Source: Neophaeotheca triangularis
Lineage: Eukaryota
DNA length: 64,000 nt
Direction: 5' to 3'
Assembly: GCA_054600435.1 (NCBI GenBank)
Contig: BAAIJX010000010.1
Location: 248,001-312,000, forward strand
A program made the translations under genes and the position numbers. The notes under the pieces were generated by a model. That model worked only from the letters and a program-made list of their open reading frames with translations. It had not been told where the DNA came from and ran no database searches. Positions 1 through 10,626 of this stretch are shown one piece after another. Each line of letters opens with the position of its first letter. Position 1 is the stretch's first letter.

Positions 1-1
1 C

Positions 2-748
2 AAAATCCTTAACTGGGAGCTCGAGCTTTACGACGTCCAACCGGCAACGCTCGGCGGTCTGAACCGTGAATTCATTTATGCCGGCCGCATAGACGACAAG
101 CTCTGCAGTTGGGCAGCTCAACAAGCGCTTCTCGAAAGCAGCGCGCACGACACAAGCCACAGCAGCCTAATTAAAACCGTCGCCCTATTCGACGACGAAG
201 AAATCGGCTCACAGCTCCGGCAAGGCGCTCGGGGCAACCTCCTCTCCAGCGTGCTCGAACGCGCAGTCGGCTCTCTCGCCAACACTTCCAACGCGGCCAG
301 CACTCCGGTTCCCTCCGACCAATTCGGCCGCTTCTACGCCAATTCTTTCCTCGTCTCCGCCGACGTCACGCATGCTGTCAACCCCAACTTTCTCCCCGCC
401 TACCTCCCCAACCACTCCCCCCACCTCAACACCGGCCTCGTCGTCAGCGCCGACAGCAACGGCCACATGACCACCGACGCCGTTTCCACCACTATTCTGC
501 AACGCTGCGCCGAAACTGTCGGCGCGAAATTGCAAGTCTTCCAGATCCGCAATGACAGTCGATCTGGCGGAACGGTTGGACCTATGCTTTCGAGCGCGCT
601 GGGTGTGAGGGCTGTCGATGCTGGCTTGCCGCAATTGAGTATGCATTCCATTCGCGCGACTACGGGGAGTTTGGATCCCGGGTTGGGGGTGCTCGCTTTT
701 GTGGGGTTTTTGAGTGGGTTTGAGGGGGTGGATGCGGAGATGAGGTAG
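2..748 (+). CDS. APE1: Vacuolar aminopeptidase I / M18 aspartyl aminopeptidase family, 3' part (5'-truncated by window)
   Basis: Frame open from nt 2 (KILNWELELYDVQPATLGG..AGRIDDKLCSWAA). M18 motifs FDDEEIGS, SADVTHAVNPNF, FQIRNDSRSGGTVGP and QLSMHSIR; the NDSRSGGT form matches the Ape1/Lap4 branch. Confidence 0.85.
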   Translation, partial: KILNWELELYDVQPATLGGLNREFIYAGRIDDKLCSWAAQQALLESSAHDTSHSSLIKTVALFDDEEIGSQLRQGARGNLLSSVLERAVGSLANTSNAASTPVPSDQFGRFYANSFLVSADVTHAVNPNFLPAYLPNHSPHLNTGLVVSADSNGHMTTDAVSTTILQRCAETVGAKLQVFQIRNDSRSGGTVGPMLSSALGVRAVDAGLPQLSMHSIRATTGSLDPGLGVLAFVGFLSGFEGVDAEMR

Positions 749-1677
749 GTGGGTAGGTAGTTAGGTAGGGAGAAGCTGGCAAGAGGTGTCGCAATGGTGT
801 TAGGCTCCGTTTGTCCTGTACATAAGCGTTTCTGGGACGATAGAGCTGTTGCAAACTACGCCGTGGCTGCCGAGTACGTCATAACGTTCGCCTTGACTGT
901 TAGCACACCTTGGTTTACAAGTCACTCACACTCAATCGCACTTGCCCAGAGACACACGCACCCACCGAGAATCAATCACGAAGGAAATCCTTGCAAGACG
1001 TGTCTCAACCTCATAGCGTGGTTTCTCTAGTACATCTCAAGCCGCCCAACACGCCATGCCAAACGACATCACCGTGTACCAGCAGCAGCAATACAGTTAA
1101 AAGCCTCGCTAGCCTCGCTAGTGACGGTTGCCCCAAAGAGCAATGCTGCGCAACAAACAACACGCACCGCACCGCACCGTGCAACCCATCAATCATTTCA
1201 TCCCTCTATGCCATCGTCTCACCATGAGAAAGGAAAGAAACCAGCGCCTCACAAAGAAAAGTAACCCCCTCCAGCGCCGTCAGTTCCATGATTTCGGCCG
1301 TGTCATTGAAAGGCAGCGCGAACAAGAGAAAAACACCACACTCCACGCAATTGAGTAAGAATGACCGCATAACCCGAGCAGAATGGATAATGCTCAGCAG
1401 TGTCGCTCGTCAGCGTCTACGAGGAAACGGCCCGGGGGTGACACTAGTTGCCATCTTCATAAGCGCAAGCGCATAAGGGGCATCCGGGTCGCCTTTGAGG
1501 GTCATTGTTTCCACCACCGCGGCCATTGATTCCAGCACCGCTGGCAACTGGTCCAACGCCAACTGACCTGCGGGGCGTCCGCAACCGGTCCGAAAGATCC
1601 ATGCGCCACTGCGAATAAGGTAAGGAGTGTGAGCAAAAGGGTTCGTTTCATCGTCTAGCAAGGCCAGGTAGGCGAGA

Positions 1678-4600
1678 TCATCGGATGTTCAAACTCTCGT
1701 ACTTGACCCAACTGGCTTTGGCCTTGTTGGCATGTTCGAGGCCGAAGTGGTCGTCGGGACCCATTCTATCGGCGAGGATTTCGTCTTCGTTGGCGGTTGA
1801 GTTAGCTTTTGTGTGATGCTTTTTGAATGACTTGAACCATTGCTGGAAGGTACATAGACTGGCGGGGGAGTAGTAGTACTCACCATTATCCTCGACCCAC
1901 GAGGGGCGCGAGTAGTTTTGACCACCCTTTACGATGGCGAAACGGATTTTCTCAAACTGCTTGCCCCTGAGACCCGTGCGTTTGCTCAGGCGTTCCTTGG
2001 TGTCCTTGAACTTTTCGCCGGCCTTCACGAGGAAGACGAACGGCACGCCGTGGGATTTGGAGGGCTCCTTCTCGAAATGCATGCAGTAGACGAGTCGGTC
2101 GCCATTCTCTTTGTCCATGTCCTTCTCTTCATCGGGAATCTTCTCAGCGTAGATTGTCATGAACTCGTTAAGTGCAATGACCGCGTGGGTGAGTGGGAGT
2201 GTCTTGTAAATCTTGTTGCCGTGAACTTCATAGAAGCGCACCTGGTCGAGAGTTTCCTCGGGCAGGGAAGCCTTCTTGGCCAAAGCAGCGAGAACCTCGT
2301 GGAATTGCGACTGCTTCGGTACAAGTACATCGTAGGGCTCCTCTTTGGTGATGCCGTCCGACAGCCAGGTGACCTTCACGTTTTTGCGCTGCTCCAGGTC
2401 CGTCAAGCTCATCTCGAGGACTTCGTAGTAAAGCTGGTCGGGCGCCTGAGTCGGTGTGTAGTTGTAGCCAGAGTATCCGCCGCTTGAGAGGAGGATCGAT
2501 GCCATGTTCACATTTGCCGCGCGTTTGACAATCGCACGGGGCTTGCCACTTTGAGGGTGCACAGTGCTGAAGCGGAGATGGGACGGATCGATGGGGTTAC
2601 CACTGAGCTGGGTCATGTGCTCCGCGGCTCTTATGCAAAGGGCGTCGTAACTGTCCTTCTTCGAAAGCGCAAGGGTGAAGGTCTCATTGTCGTCGTTGAT
2701 GCCAGGAGCGTTGGCAACAGGCTTGGTGCGTGGCGTAAAGTGCACAAACATCCTGTTCTGGAGGAAATCGTAATATTCAGGCGCGGTCAGGGAGGAAGTG
2801 GGATTGATTTGCCTGACGGCAGTCGATTCAGCCTCGCTCAGATGGCGCTGGAAGCAGACAATATCGCCATCCTGGATTTCCGAAGCTGCGAGTGTGTTTT
2901 TTGACTTCATGGCCTCGACATAGGTCATCTTGATTTCCTCGAATAACTGTGGCACAACACCAGGCTCCCAGCCCATTAGCTGCAGTATGGGCGTAGCCAG
3001 GTCTTGCACCTTGTCTGTGGGGTTCATATAGATGTGACCAACACCTTGAAGCTGCTGCTTGTCGACGTCGAAGTGCTTGATGAAGATGATGATGGGCTTC
3101 GCAGCTTGGGGCATATTGCCATTCACCACAGGCGAAGAAGGCACGGAGATATCCTCGCTTGGCCAGACAGGCTCGCCCTGAGCGTTGCGAACAGTTTCTT
3201 CCATGAACACTCGAAATCCAGAGTTCCGCGTGCTGAACTTATCAGCAGCTTCTTGGAGTGTGAGGTCAGGCCAGATCAACGGGTTGTCCGGCCTTATGGT
3301 ACCGTTTTGACGATTCACCATGATCCATGGTCTCAGTAGCTCGGGATCCTGATTGTTCTGCTGCGCAATATACTTGGTGAGATCGGACACGGTCATGCTC
3401 CGTAGCAGTCTGTAGATTGCTGGCGCAGCAGGTTCCTCGTCGTACTCGATGCCCCACGGGACAATGTCAGTGGTGTTGTGAGCCTTGAAGTTAGCCTCGG
3501 TCGCGACTTGCACCTGCATGTAAAGGTGGGCCTCCTCGCGGTCCTTGCGACGCTTTTCGGCGGCAGCTCGCTCTTCAGCGATTTTGGCCGGTAGATGCTC
3601 TGGAGGTGGGATGTCCTTGCTGGGTGGCATAATCTCATCGAGCTTGTTTTCGCGGATGTAAACCAGCATGTAGGCGTTGTTGGAGCGTTTGGTAGACCAC
3701 TGGCGGGTATAAGGGTTTTGACCTTTGGCATTGCCATTCGCGCCATTCGCGTAATCGCCTCCAAAGTTGTCGTCGATGGCCTCTCGCTTCGTTGCCTTTG
3801 TCACGCGGTCGTCGTCAAAGCGGTAAAACTCGCCGTGTTTCTCAGGCTTCAAGAATGCATAGTAATGGCCCGCGTTAAGGTCACCAGAATGCACAAGCAC
3901 GCCGTGAAGATGGTAAATGTAGGGTTGAGACTTGTCCGCTGTCTCGTCGAGGTAGGGCGCAGCGTCGAAGACTTCGGGAAACTCGTAGCGGTCGTTAACC
4001 TTCATCATTGCGTCCCGTTGGAAGTCATACTCGAAGCGTTTCAGTTGCAGATGTAAGACATTCGGGAAGCTCTCAAAGATGACACCCTTCTTGGCATCTT
4101 GCAGGCCGTACCCTTCTGCAGCGTACTTGTTGTCACCCTCCAGAGTCTCTACTTCGATGTAGTTGTTGAAACTCTCTTCCACGCTCTTGCAACCGCTGAC
4201 GTTGAGCTGAAGATCCCAAAAGTCTTCCGTCCGACTCGACTCATAATCGACGTTGATGCACTTGAGGTATGTCTTCATCTTGCCCACAAACATGTCCGGT
4301 AGAGCCTTCTCCGCTTCCGTGCCCTTCATCCTAGCCTCGAGCTTCTCCATCAGGATTCGGCTGAGCTCTTGAACGTCTTGCTGTTCGAAGATCTGTCTGC
4401 TCTCCCAACCAAAGGAATGTGTGAGTTCTTGAGTTGAGACGGGCATGTTGTCCGCTTGGAGACGGTAGAAGAGCCTCTGCAAGCAGTAGGCTGACTGTGA
4501 GTTTTCGCGGTCCTCTTCGGTGGCCGTTGGTATCGCGTACACAGCTTTGCGGAACGCGCCGGTCAGGTATAGTGATTGAAGCAAAGAGTTGAGGTAGCAA

Positions 4601-5517
4601 GTGGCTCCTTGGTTCCGAAGACCGACCATACCCGTCTCTTTTTTGGAGTCGTAGTTGATGAAGTTGTGCCAGAGGACACCGGTGGGATCTTTGAGCACTC
4701 TGACGTAGGCAGTCATCTTGGCGCAATCGTTCTCGACAAGTGGACGGTCGTGTTTCCCTTCGTACTTGGAAGCAAAGATTTTGGTCTTATCCGCAAACCT
4801 TGTGAAACCCCAGTCACCTTCTTCCGCTGTGAACCGGTGGTTGGCCTCATGGTGAAGGTAGATGCTAGGGTCATTCGGGTTGCTGAGCACAAGCATGAAT
4901 TGCGCGCACGCGTACCAGTCTTCGGGAGGTTTGTTGTCACCGAAGCCTTGCTCGAGATAAAAGGACACGCTTTCAGCCGCAGAGTTGCCCGCAGGAAAGA
5001 AGAGTACGCGCCACGGGTGGCCAGCGCACTCGAACTGGGGACCATGTGTCCTCTTTGGTAATTGTCGCCAGTTGTTGATGTCCCATGTGAAAACCGTCTC
5101 GGACTCCGTCTCGTGTTCTGGTAGTGGTGGCATGAATCTATTCCACATGGCGGCATGGTCATCTGCTCTTGGCTCGGCGGACTCGAAGGGTTCGGCGGTG
5201 GGTTCGGCATCATCAGCCATGCTCGCGTCGTCGTCGTTGGTGATTAGCGCTACGTTTTCGTCGTTGGGCGAGACGCGTTTCTCGTCGTAGTCCGAGTCGA
5301 GCAGCATATCGCTACCGAGCTGCGTCACACCTTGGTTAGCTTCGTTCAATGAATTGACGAAACCTGTGAATGGTGACTCGCGGCCTCGGTCGGAATCTGC
5401 GCCTGCGTTGGAAGACCAACTCGGGTTCCATTCAGAGCTTGTAGAAGAGGCAGGGGAAGAGAGGGGGTGCGATCGAGCAGTTTGCGCGGGCTCGTGGTGG
5501 CCGCTTACCTGGTCCAT
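1678..5517 (-). CDS. UBP15: Ubiquitin C-terminal hydrolase USP7/Ubp15 (MATH + USP + UBL domains); introns 5320-5508 and 1785-1883
   Basis: MATH domain (WRVLFFPAGN, DWGF), Cys box GLRNQGATCYLNSLLQ, His box LHGVLVHSGDLNAGHYY. ATG 5517 is followed by a GTAAGC donor; both introns have a GCTAAC branch point. Confidence 0.93.
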   Translation of the reverse strand: MDQVSGHHEPAQTARSHPLSSPASSTSSEWNPSWSSNAGADSDRGRESPFTGFVNSLNEANQGVTQLGSDMLLDSDYDEKRVSPNDENVALITNDDDASMADDAEPTAEPFESAEPRADDHAAMWNRFMPPLPEHETESETVFTWDINNWRQLPKRTHGPQFECAGHPWRVLFFPAGNSAAESVSFYLEQGFGDNKPPEDWYACAQFMLVLSNPNDPSIYLHHEANHRFTAEEGDWGFTRFADKTKIFASKYEGKHDRPLVENDCAKMTAYVRVLKDPTGVLWHNFINYDSKKETGMVGLRNQGATCYLNSLLQSLYLTGAFRKAVYAIPTATEEDRENSQSAYCLQRLFYRLQADNMPVSTQELTHSFGWESRQIFEQQDVQELSRILMEKLEARMKGTEAEKALPDMFVGKMKTYLKCINVDYESSRTEDFWDLQLNVSGCKSVEESFNNYIEVETLEGDNKYAAEGYGLQDAKKGVIFESFPNVLHLQLKRFEYDFQRDAMMKVNDRYEFPEVFDAAPYLDETADKSQPYIYHLHGVLVHSGDLNAGHYYAFLKPEKHGEFYRFDDDRVTKATKREAIDDNFGGDYANGANGNAKGQNPYTRQWSTKRSNNAYMLVYIRENKLDEIMPPSKDIPPPEHLPAKIAEERAAAEKRRKDREEAHLYMQVQVATEANFKAHNTTDIVPWGIEYDEEPAAPAIYRLLRSMTVSDLTKYIAQQNNQDPELLRPWIMVNRQNGTIRPDNPLIWPDLTLQEAADKFSTRNSGFRVFMEETVRNAQGEPVWPSEDISVPSSPVVNGNMPQAAKPIIIFIKHFDVDKQQLQGVGHIYMNPTDKVQDLATPILQLMGWEPGVVPQLFEEIKMTYVEAMKSKNTLAASEIQDGDIVCFQRHLSEAESTAVRQINPTSSLTAPEYYDFLQNRMFVHFTPRTKPVANAPGINDDNETFTLALSKKDSYDALCIRAAEHMTQLSGNPIDPSHLRFSTVHPQSGKPRAIVKRAANVNMASILLSSGGYSGYNYTPTQAPDQLYYEVLEMSLTDLEQRKNVKVTWLSDGITKEEPYDVLVPKQSQFHEVLAALAKKASLPEETLDQVRFYEVHGNKIYKTLPLTHAVIALNEFMTIYAEKIPDEEKDMDKENGDRLVYCMHFEKEPSKSHGVPFVFLVKAGEKFKDTKERLSKRTGLRGKQFEKIRFAIVKGGQNYSRPSWVEDNGEYYYSPASLCTFQQWFKSFKKHHTKANSTANEDEILADRMGPDDHFGLEHANKAKASWVKYESLNIR

Positions 5518-6279
5518 TTTGACGGTGAAGATGGGTGGGTGATGGCGCTGGCAGCAAGCGGGTGGCAGGCCAGTATTAGTGTCGGTGAGAGTATTGTCGA
5601 CTGCAGCAATGGTCGCGCGAGAGAGAGAGAGGGGGTGGGAGGGTAAGGTGAAGATGTATGGCGAGGGATGGCGTTTGCTGATGCGCCTGCGCAAAGCCGA
5701 ATTTGATATGTGAAGTTGAAGCTCAAACGTGCCCGTGAGTTGGTTGGTGGTGGAGAAGGACGTCAGGCAACTTTAGCCTCCCGTGCAGGGACCCCCCGAC
5801 GGGACGCTTAAGGTGATGATAATTCACCTCAAGCTAGGCAGGCGCAACGTCATTGGTCCGGTCCATTCCACGCTCGTGACTTGCATTATTACTTTGGACA
5901 CATACAGTACTAGGCATAACTTATGCTGTATAGGTATCGTTCTACTTGATAACGTGCGAGTATTACATTTGGCGTTTTGTTCAAGATTAAGGTATTGGGT
6001 GGATTGGAACAGCCCTACCTACCTTACCTACTGTAGATTCCATTATTCTGCTCGTCACAATGTCGTAGTTGCGGCAATGCGCAGGAGATGTGCAGGAAGC
6101 CCCCACTATCGTCTCGAAATAGCTTGATGCCGCTTTCACGTGCTAGGTAGGTACCTTAGGTATTATTATAGGAGGTACTAGTTACTACTTTTGCACTCTG
6201 TAGATATCAAAATCTCCCCTTGGCCGTGATTCACACCGAAACAACAAACACTTCCAAACGTCGCTTCAACCGCGACAGC

Positions 6280-7629
6280 ATGCTCAAAAGAGCCAACAGG
6301 TTTTCCGGCCTAGCCCGTTCACATCGGCGCTCAACTGTCAGCAAGTCGTACGCAACGGCGGCAGCAACAGCGACAGCATCACCCTCGACCAACGGCGTCG
6401 TCCCGCCCCCTTGGCGACCCTCCAATGTGCTCGATGACTGGGTACAACGGGAAGCCAGGCCTATCTCCCTACGACAGTTGACCTTTTTCGGACGCACGTT
6501 GACTGAAGCTCGACTCCTAAGCTCAGCCAACTATGTCCGCCTCGAGCTGCCCACGCGCATCGCCCACCGACTGCGCGACATGCAGACTCTACCATATGCC
6601 GCCCTCACAAACCCGCACATCAGCCACGTGTATGAATTGTACTATTCAGCCTTTGAACGGCTTCGCAAGGTGTCGGAAGTCCGTACGCAAGACGAAAATG
6701 ACCGATTCTGCGAAGTCGTCAAGACTTGTCTAAAGGAGCATCTGAGCGTGATTCCTCGTCTTGCCATGGGAGTTCTCGAAATTCAGAACGCTGTGAGTAG
6801 TGGCGAATGTGATCGCTTCATGACGACTTTGCTGCGATCCAGGATCAGCAGGAGAGTCATTGCCGAACAGCACCTCGCCCTGACCGACACCTACCATTCA
6901 CCCTGGCATTTCCCTGACGCGAAAAAGTCAAGCACTGCGCCAGAGGATGACTTTGTAGGCGAGATATTCCTCAGATGCAATGCAAAGGAGATTATTGAGA
7001 AGTGTGCAGATGCTTCTCACAACCTTTGCAGAAAGGCTTACGGTGCTGGCGTCGCGATCCCCGAAATCGTGCTGCAAGGCCACTTGGATACGACCTTCCC
7101 GTACATCCCATCGCATCTCGAATATATCATCTCTGAGCTGCTGAGGAACAGCATGCAGGCGACCATAGAGCGACAAAAGTCTGGCACGCCGCCGCCGATC
7201 GAAGTCTTACTCTGTCAGGCCGACCAGCACATCATTATCCGGATTTCCGACCAAGGTGGCGGTGTTGACCGTGATGTTTTGCGGCACCTGTGGTCTTTCT
7301 CCAAAGGGCCCCGTCGGAAGAAACGTCTGCAGAACCTGGAGCAGGTTCCTGAGCTCGCTGCTACCATGGAAGAAGTTCAACTGCCGCCATCCACGCCTGA
7401 CTCTCCTGTCGCAGGGACAGGAGACGCTTTGACGCCTCTTTCGGCGAGACCGCCACAACTGAGGCTCGGCATGGGTCTTCCAATGTCGAGGATCTACGCC
7501 GAATACTGGGCGGGAAGCCTTGAGTTGCATAGTCTCGAGGGCTATGGATGCGATGCCTTTCTGCAGATCAGTCGTTTGGGCAACAAGAATGAGACTTTGA
7601 GCACACGAGCCGCGATGGATGCGGTTTGA
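6280..7629 (+). CDS. Mitochondrial pyruvate / branched-chain alpha-ketoacid dehydrogenase kinase family protein
   Basis: Arg/Ser-rich presequence, ISLRQL..SANYVRLELPTRIAHR, ELLRNSMQAT (N-box), IRISDQGGG (G1), GMGLPMSRIYAEYWAG (G2). Confidence 0.9.
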   Translation: MLKRANRFSGLARSHRRSTVSKSYATAAATATASPSTNGVVPPPWRPSNVLDDWVQREARPISLRQLTFFGRTLTEARLLSSANYVRLELPTRIAHRLRDMQTLPYAALTNPHISHVYELYYSAFERLRKVSEVRTQDENDRFCEVVKTCLKEHLSVIPRLAMGVLEIQNAVSSGECDRFMTTLLRSRISRRVIAEQHLALTDTYHSPWHFPDAKKSSTAPEDDFVGEIFLRCNAKEIIEKCADASHNLCRKAYGAGVAIPEIVLQGHLDTTFPYIPSHLEYIISELLRNSMQATIERQKSGTPPPIEVLLCQADQHIIIRISDQGGGVDRDVLRHLWSFSKGPRRKKRLQNLEQVPELAATMEEVQLPPSTPDSPVAGTGDALTPLSARPPQLRLGMGLPMSRIYAEYWAGSLELHSLEGYGCDAFLQISRLGNKNETLSTRAAMDAV

Positions 7630-7893
7630 TGAGGAAACGGCTATTGCTCCTGATGGTGGGAAAGCGTGAAGCTATCGGTGGCAAGAGTCGGCGGGCGACG
7701 ACGCCTTCTTCCTCCAAATCAGCCCATGCTTGGCTCGACACAGTTCGCTGCAGGTCTGCTTCTTTTCCAAGAGCAGTGTACCATTGCATCCTAAATCACC
7801 ACTTGGATCAACGGTCCTCATTTTGACTAAATTTGAACGGCTTTACGTCGAGCTTGGACACCATCGACGACATCATTTCTAGCATCGCTAAAG

Positions 7894-9192
7894 ATGACGA
7901 ACCAGAGCACCAACCCGATCGAGTTATCACAACTATTCAGCAGTCCGACCCAACGAATCAATCAGCGCGACATTGTCGAGTTTCTCTTTGGTCGACTGAA
8001 AATTGAAGTGAGCGGCGCTTGTGGACCTCACCGTGAGGCACCTTATGAGTGCTACTATCCTATCCACCAAGCGTATCCGCATCCAACACGACAGGTGGCT
8101 ACTCCAGAGGATCAGAAGGCGATCGTGCAAGACAAGGATATTATATCGACGTGGCGTTTACCCAACATCCCTGCTGCTTGCGAGGTGTATACTTGGGAAA
8201 AGTTGTTCGAGCGCGCGCTGGGCAATGGCACTGCGTATGTTGCCATTGAAGAATTCATAGAAGAGCACCCTGGGATTGGTGCGTGTGTTTTAACTCCTCG
8301 AACACACGCTCCTATCTAATCATACGTAGGTTCACGTCCAGCCACCGCAATCTTAGGCAGTTTTACACGTTTCCTCAACGGCCTTCCCTCCGTTCCCGTC
8401 ACAATCACCTGGTCCAGCCTGATTCAAGACATGGCCGAGACCTACTGGGAAGGGTCGGAAGACTTGCCAGCTCTCTCGCCTTTGAACATTGAACAAGTCC
8501 TGCACACCTTCCTAGCAACCCGCGAGTGCTTCTTCCACTCAAGGACCCACGAACCCGTTGTCTTCCCCACCTTCCACGCAACCCTAGACATGCAAGGCAC
8601 CATCGCCCTCCGTATCTACTTCGCCTGGAACCCCCCTCAAATCTCCTTCACAGAGATAGCCAGCGTCGTTTACGAAAACGACACCGTGTACATCCGCCCC
8701 TGCCTCTCGACTCCCACAGAGAACCCAGCCGGCAAAACCAACATCCACTACTTCATCGGCCCAGCCTCGGACTGGCTCTCCTAGAACGAGAACCTTGAGC
8801 GCTACGAGGGTGTCGTACCAACCTACCTCGCCGCGAACGCGGGCGTCCAGCGCATTTCCGTTTTCACGGTACCGCTCGACCTCACGGCTGTGAGCGTGAC
8901 GGAGTTTGTCGCCGGCATCAAGTACGAGATTACCATGCGGTGCTGTCTGCCCCTCACCATCAAGCGGAAACCCGACTGCTGCGGGGACTTGGAGGAAATG
9001 CTGAGCAGCCCGCCTCTTCCGGGTAGGAATGCTGCGAGCCTTGCGCGTGGGGGACAGGGTAGGAGAGGTGTAAGTGAGTGGATTGACTGGGGTTGGGGAG
9101 AGAAGGAGAGTGGGAAAGGGAGTGTGAGAGCGGAGAGGAGCCCGCTGTCGCCCTCGAGAATGGATGATCCGCTTTCGTTGGCGAGATACTAG
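7894..9192 (+). pseudogene. Orphan two-exon gene (intron 8279-8329) with an internal in-frame TAG at 8782-8784
   Basis: Intron GTGCGT..CTAAT..TAG joins ORF 7894 in frame to ORF 8431; the same frame stays open for 135 codons after the TAG. Confidence 0.5.
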
Positions 9193-9818
9193 GAGGCTGC
9201 TATGCATGCGCATCCAAGGGCGCGCTGAACGTTCGGAAACCCGAGGGTTCGTGAATGAGTGCGAGGTCACGGATGAGCGTCGTCGGGGATTTTGTGAGTG
9301 TCTGCGTTTACAGCAAGTAGTAGAAAGTACGAGAAAGAGCCATTTCATTTCCATGGGCAATTGACTCTCCATTTTTCGTATCACTCGACTGCCCTGTCTC
9401 TCCACGCTTGGCGCCAAAGCCCTACTCCACCAAGGAGGCTGCCGCGGGCCGACCGTTGATGGAGAGCGCAACGCCACCAACACAGCCACTGCAAACCACG
9501 CTAGCGTAGGGCTGCGTCATGTCCACACCGCCACACTTGTCTTGTAAAGGTTGGCAGAGCGGTCCACGGGTAATAGGAAAACCTACAAATAGAGGTATGC
9601 GCCCGTAGCCCTACCATCCTTGACGACCCTTCCATTGTCTCGAGCAGAACTACGGTATCAACCTTACCATCAAACTACTTTAGCATTGCGACAACACACC
9701 TACCAGCGTCACAAACTCATTACCGCAGCATCTTTTGCGACAACCACAAACCGAAACACTCGGGCGCGACGCCATTAGCCTTACGACCCGCGCACCAAAC
9801 AACTAACCTACCACCAAA

Positions 9819-10329
9819 ATGATCTCCGCAGTAATCCTAGTAATCATCTGCATCTTCCGTAAGCCCATCCAACCCACGCATCCAACCTCCCAACCCCAGC
9901 TAACAAATCCCCAAAACAGTACCCCCGGTAACCGTCTTCGCCCTCGCAGGCTGCGGCGCCGACCTCCTCATCAACATCCTGCTCTGCATCCTCGCAGTCT
10001 TCCCGGGCCACATCCACGGCTTCTACATCATGTACGTCTACTACAAGCGGCAAGAGGACGCCGAGCGCGGCATTCTGGATGACCGACCCGCGCCGCTGGT
10101 TTTCAGCGACAAGGTGAATCGTGGGGGCTTGAGCCCGCGGAAGTTGCGCGAGAGGCAGGAAAGTCATCAGGCTCAGCACGCGCCGCAGCCGCAGCCGCAC
10201 CCGCAGCAGCAGATGGGTGGGCCCGGGTATGGGACGATGGGTGAGGGCCAGATGCCGCCGCCGCAGCAAGGCTATCATGCTCAGCAGCAGGGGTTTGCGC
10301 CGCCGCCGCAGTATGAAGGGCAGAAGTAG
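9819..10329 (+). CDS. PMP3/UPF0057 plasma-membrane proteolipid with Gln/Pro-rich C-terminal tail; intron 9859-9919
   Basis: Spliced product MISAVILVIICIFLPPVTVFALAGCGADLLINILLCILAVFPAHIHGFYIM carries the Pmp3 signature (LPP..V..GCG.DL.INILL). Confidence 0.88.
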
Positions 10330-10626
10330 GAGTGGAAGTTCGACTAGGGGTGAAGAGGGATGAGGGATGAGGGATGAGAAGGAAGGGGTTTTGGATATCT
10401 TGTTAGGAGGAGCTTCGATGGCTTCGATGGGAGAGAGGAGTGCGTAGCAGACGGAATACCCTGAGTTTTGATTTCGGCGGAGCGCTGGCGTTTGGCAAAG
10501 CTGTTTTTATTCTGTATACTATAAGGTTCAGATTCGATACTCGGTCGTTGTGTTTGCAGTCATTGCCTCGCCGCTGGACGGTGCACACGATCGTAGTATA
10601 GCAACACATTGCGCTCAACAAGCAAC

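Noticed and set aside
5518..5694. N-terminal extension of the 1338-aa ORF upstream of MDQ
   Set aside because: Non-ATG start and UTR-like composition; ATG 5517 has good context and is followed by a canonical donor.
8584..9489. 301-aa minus-strand ORF
   Set aside because: No motifs, non-ATG start; largely antisense to the plus-strand orphan gene.
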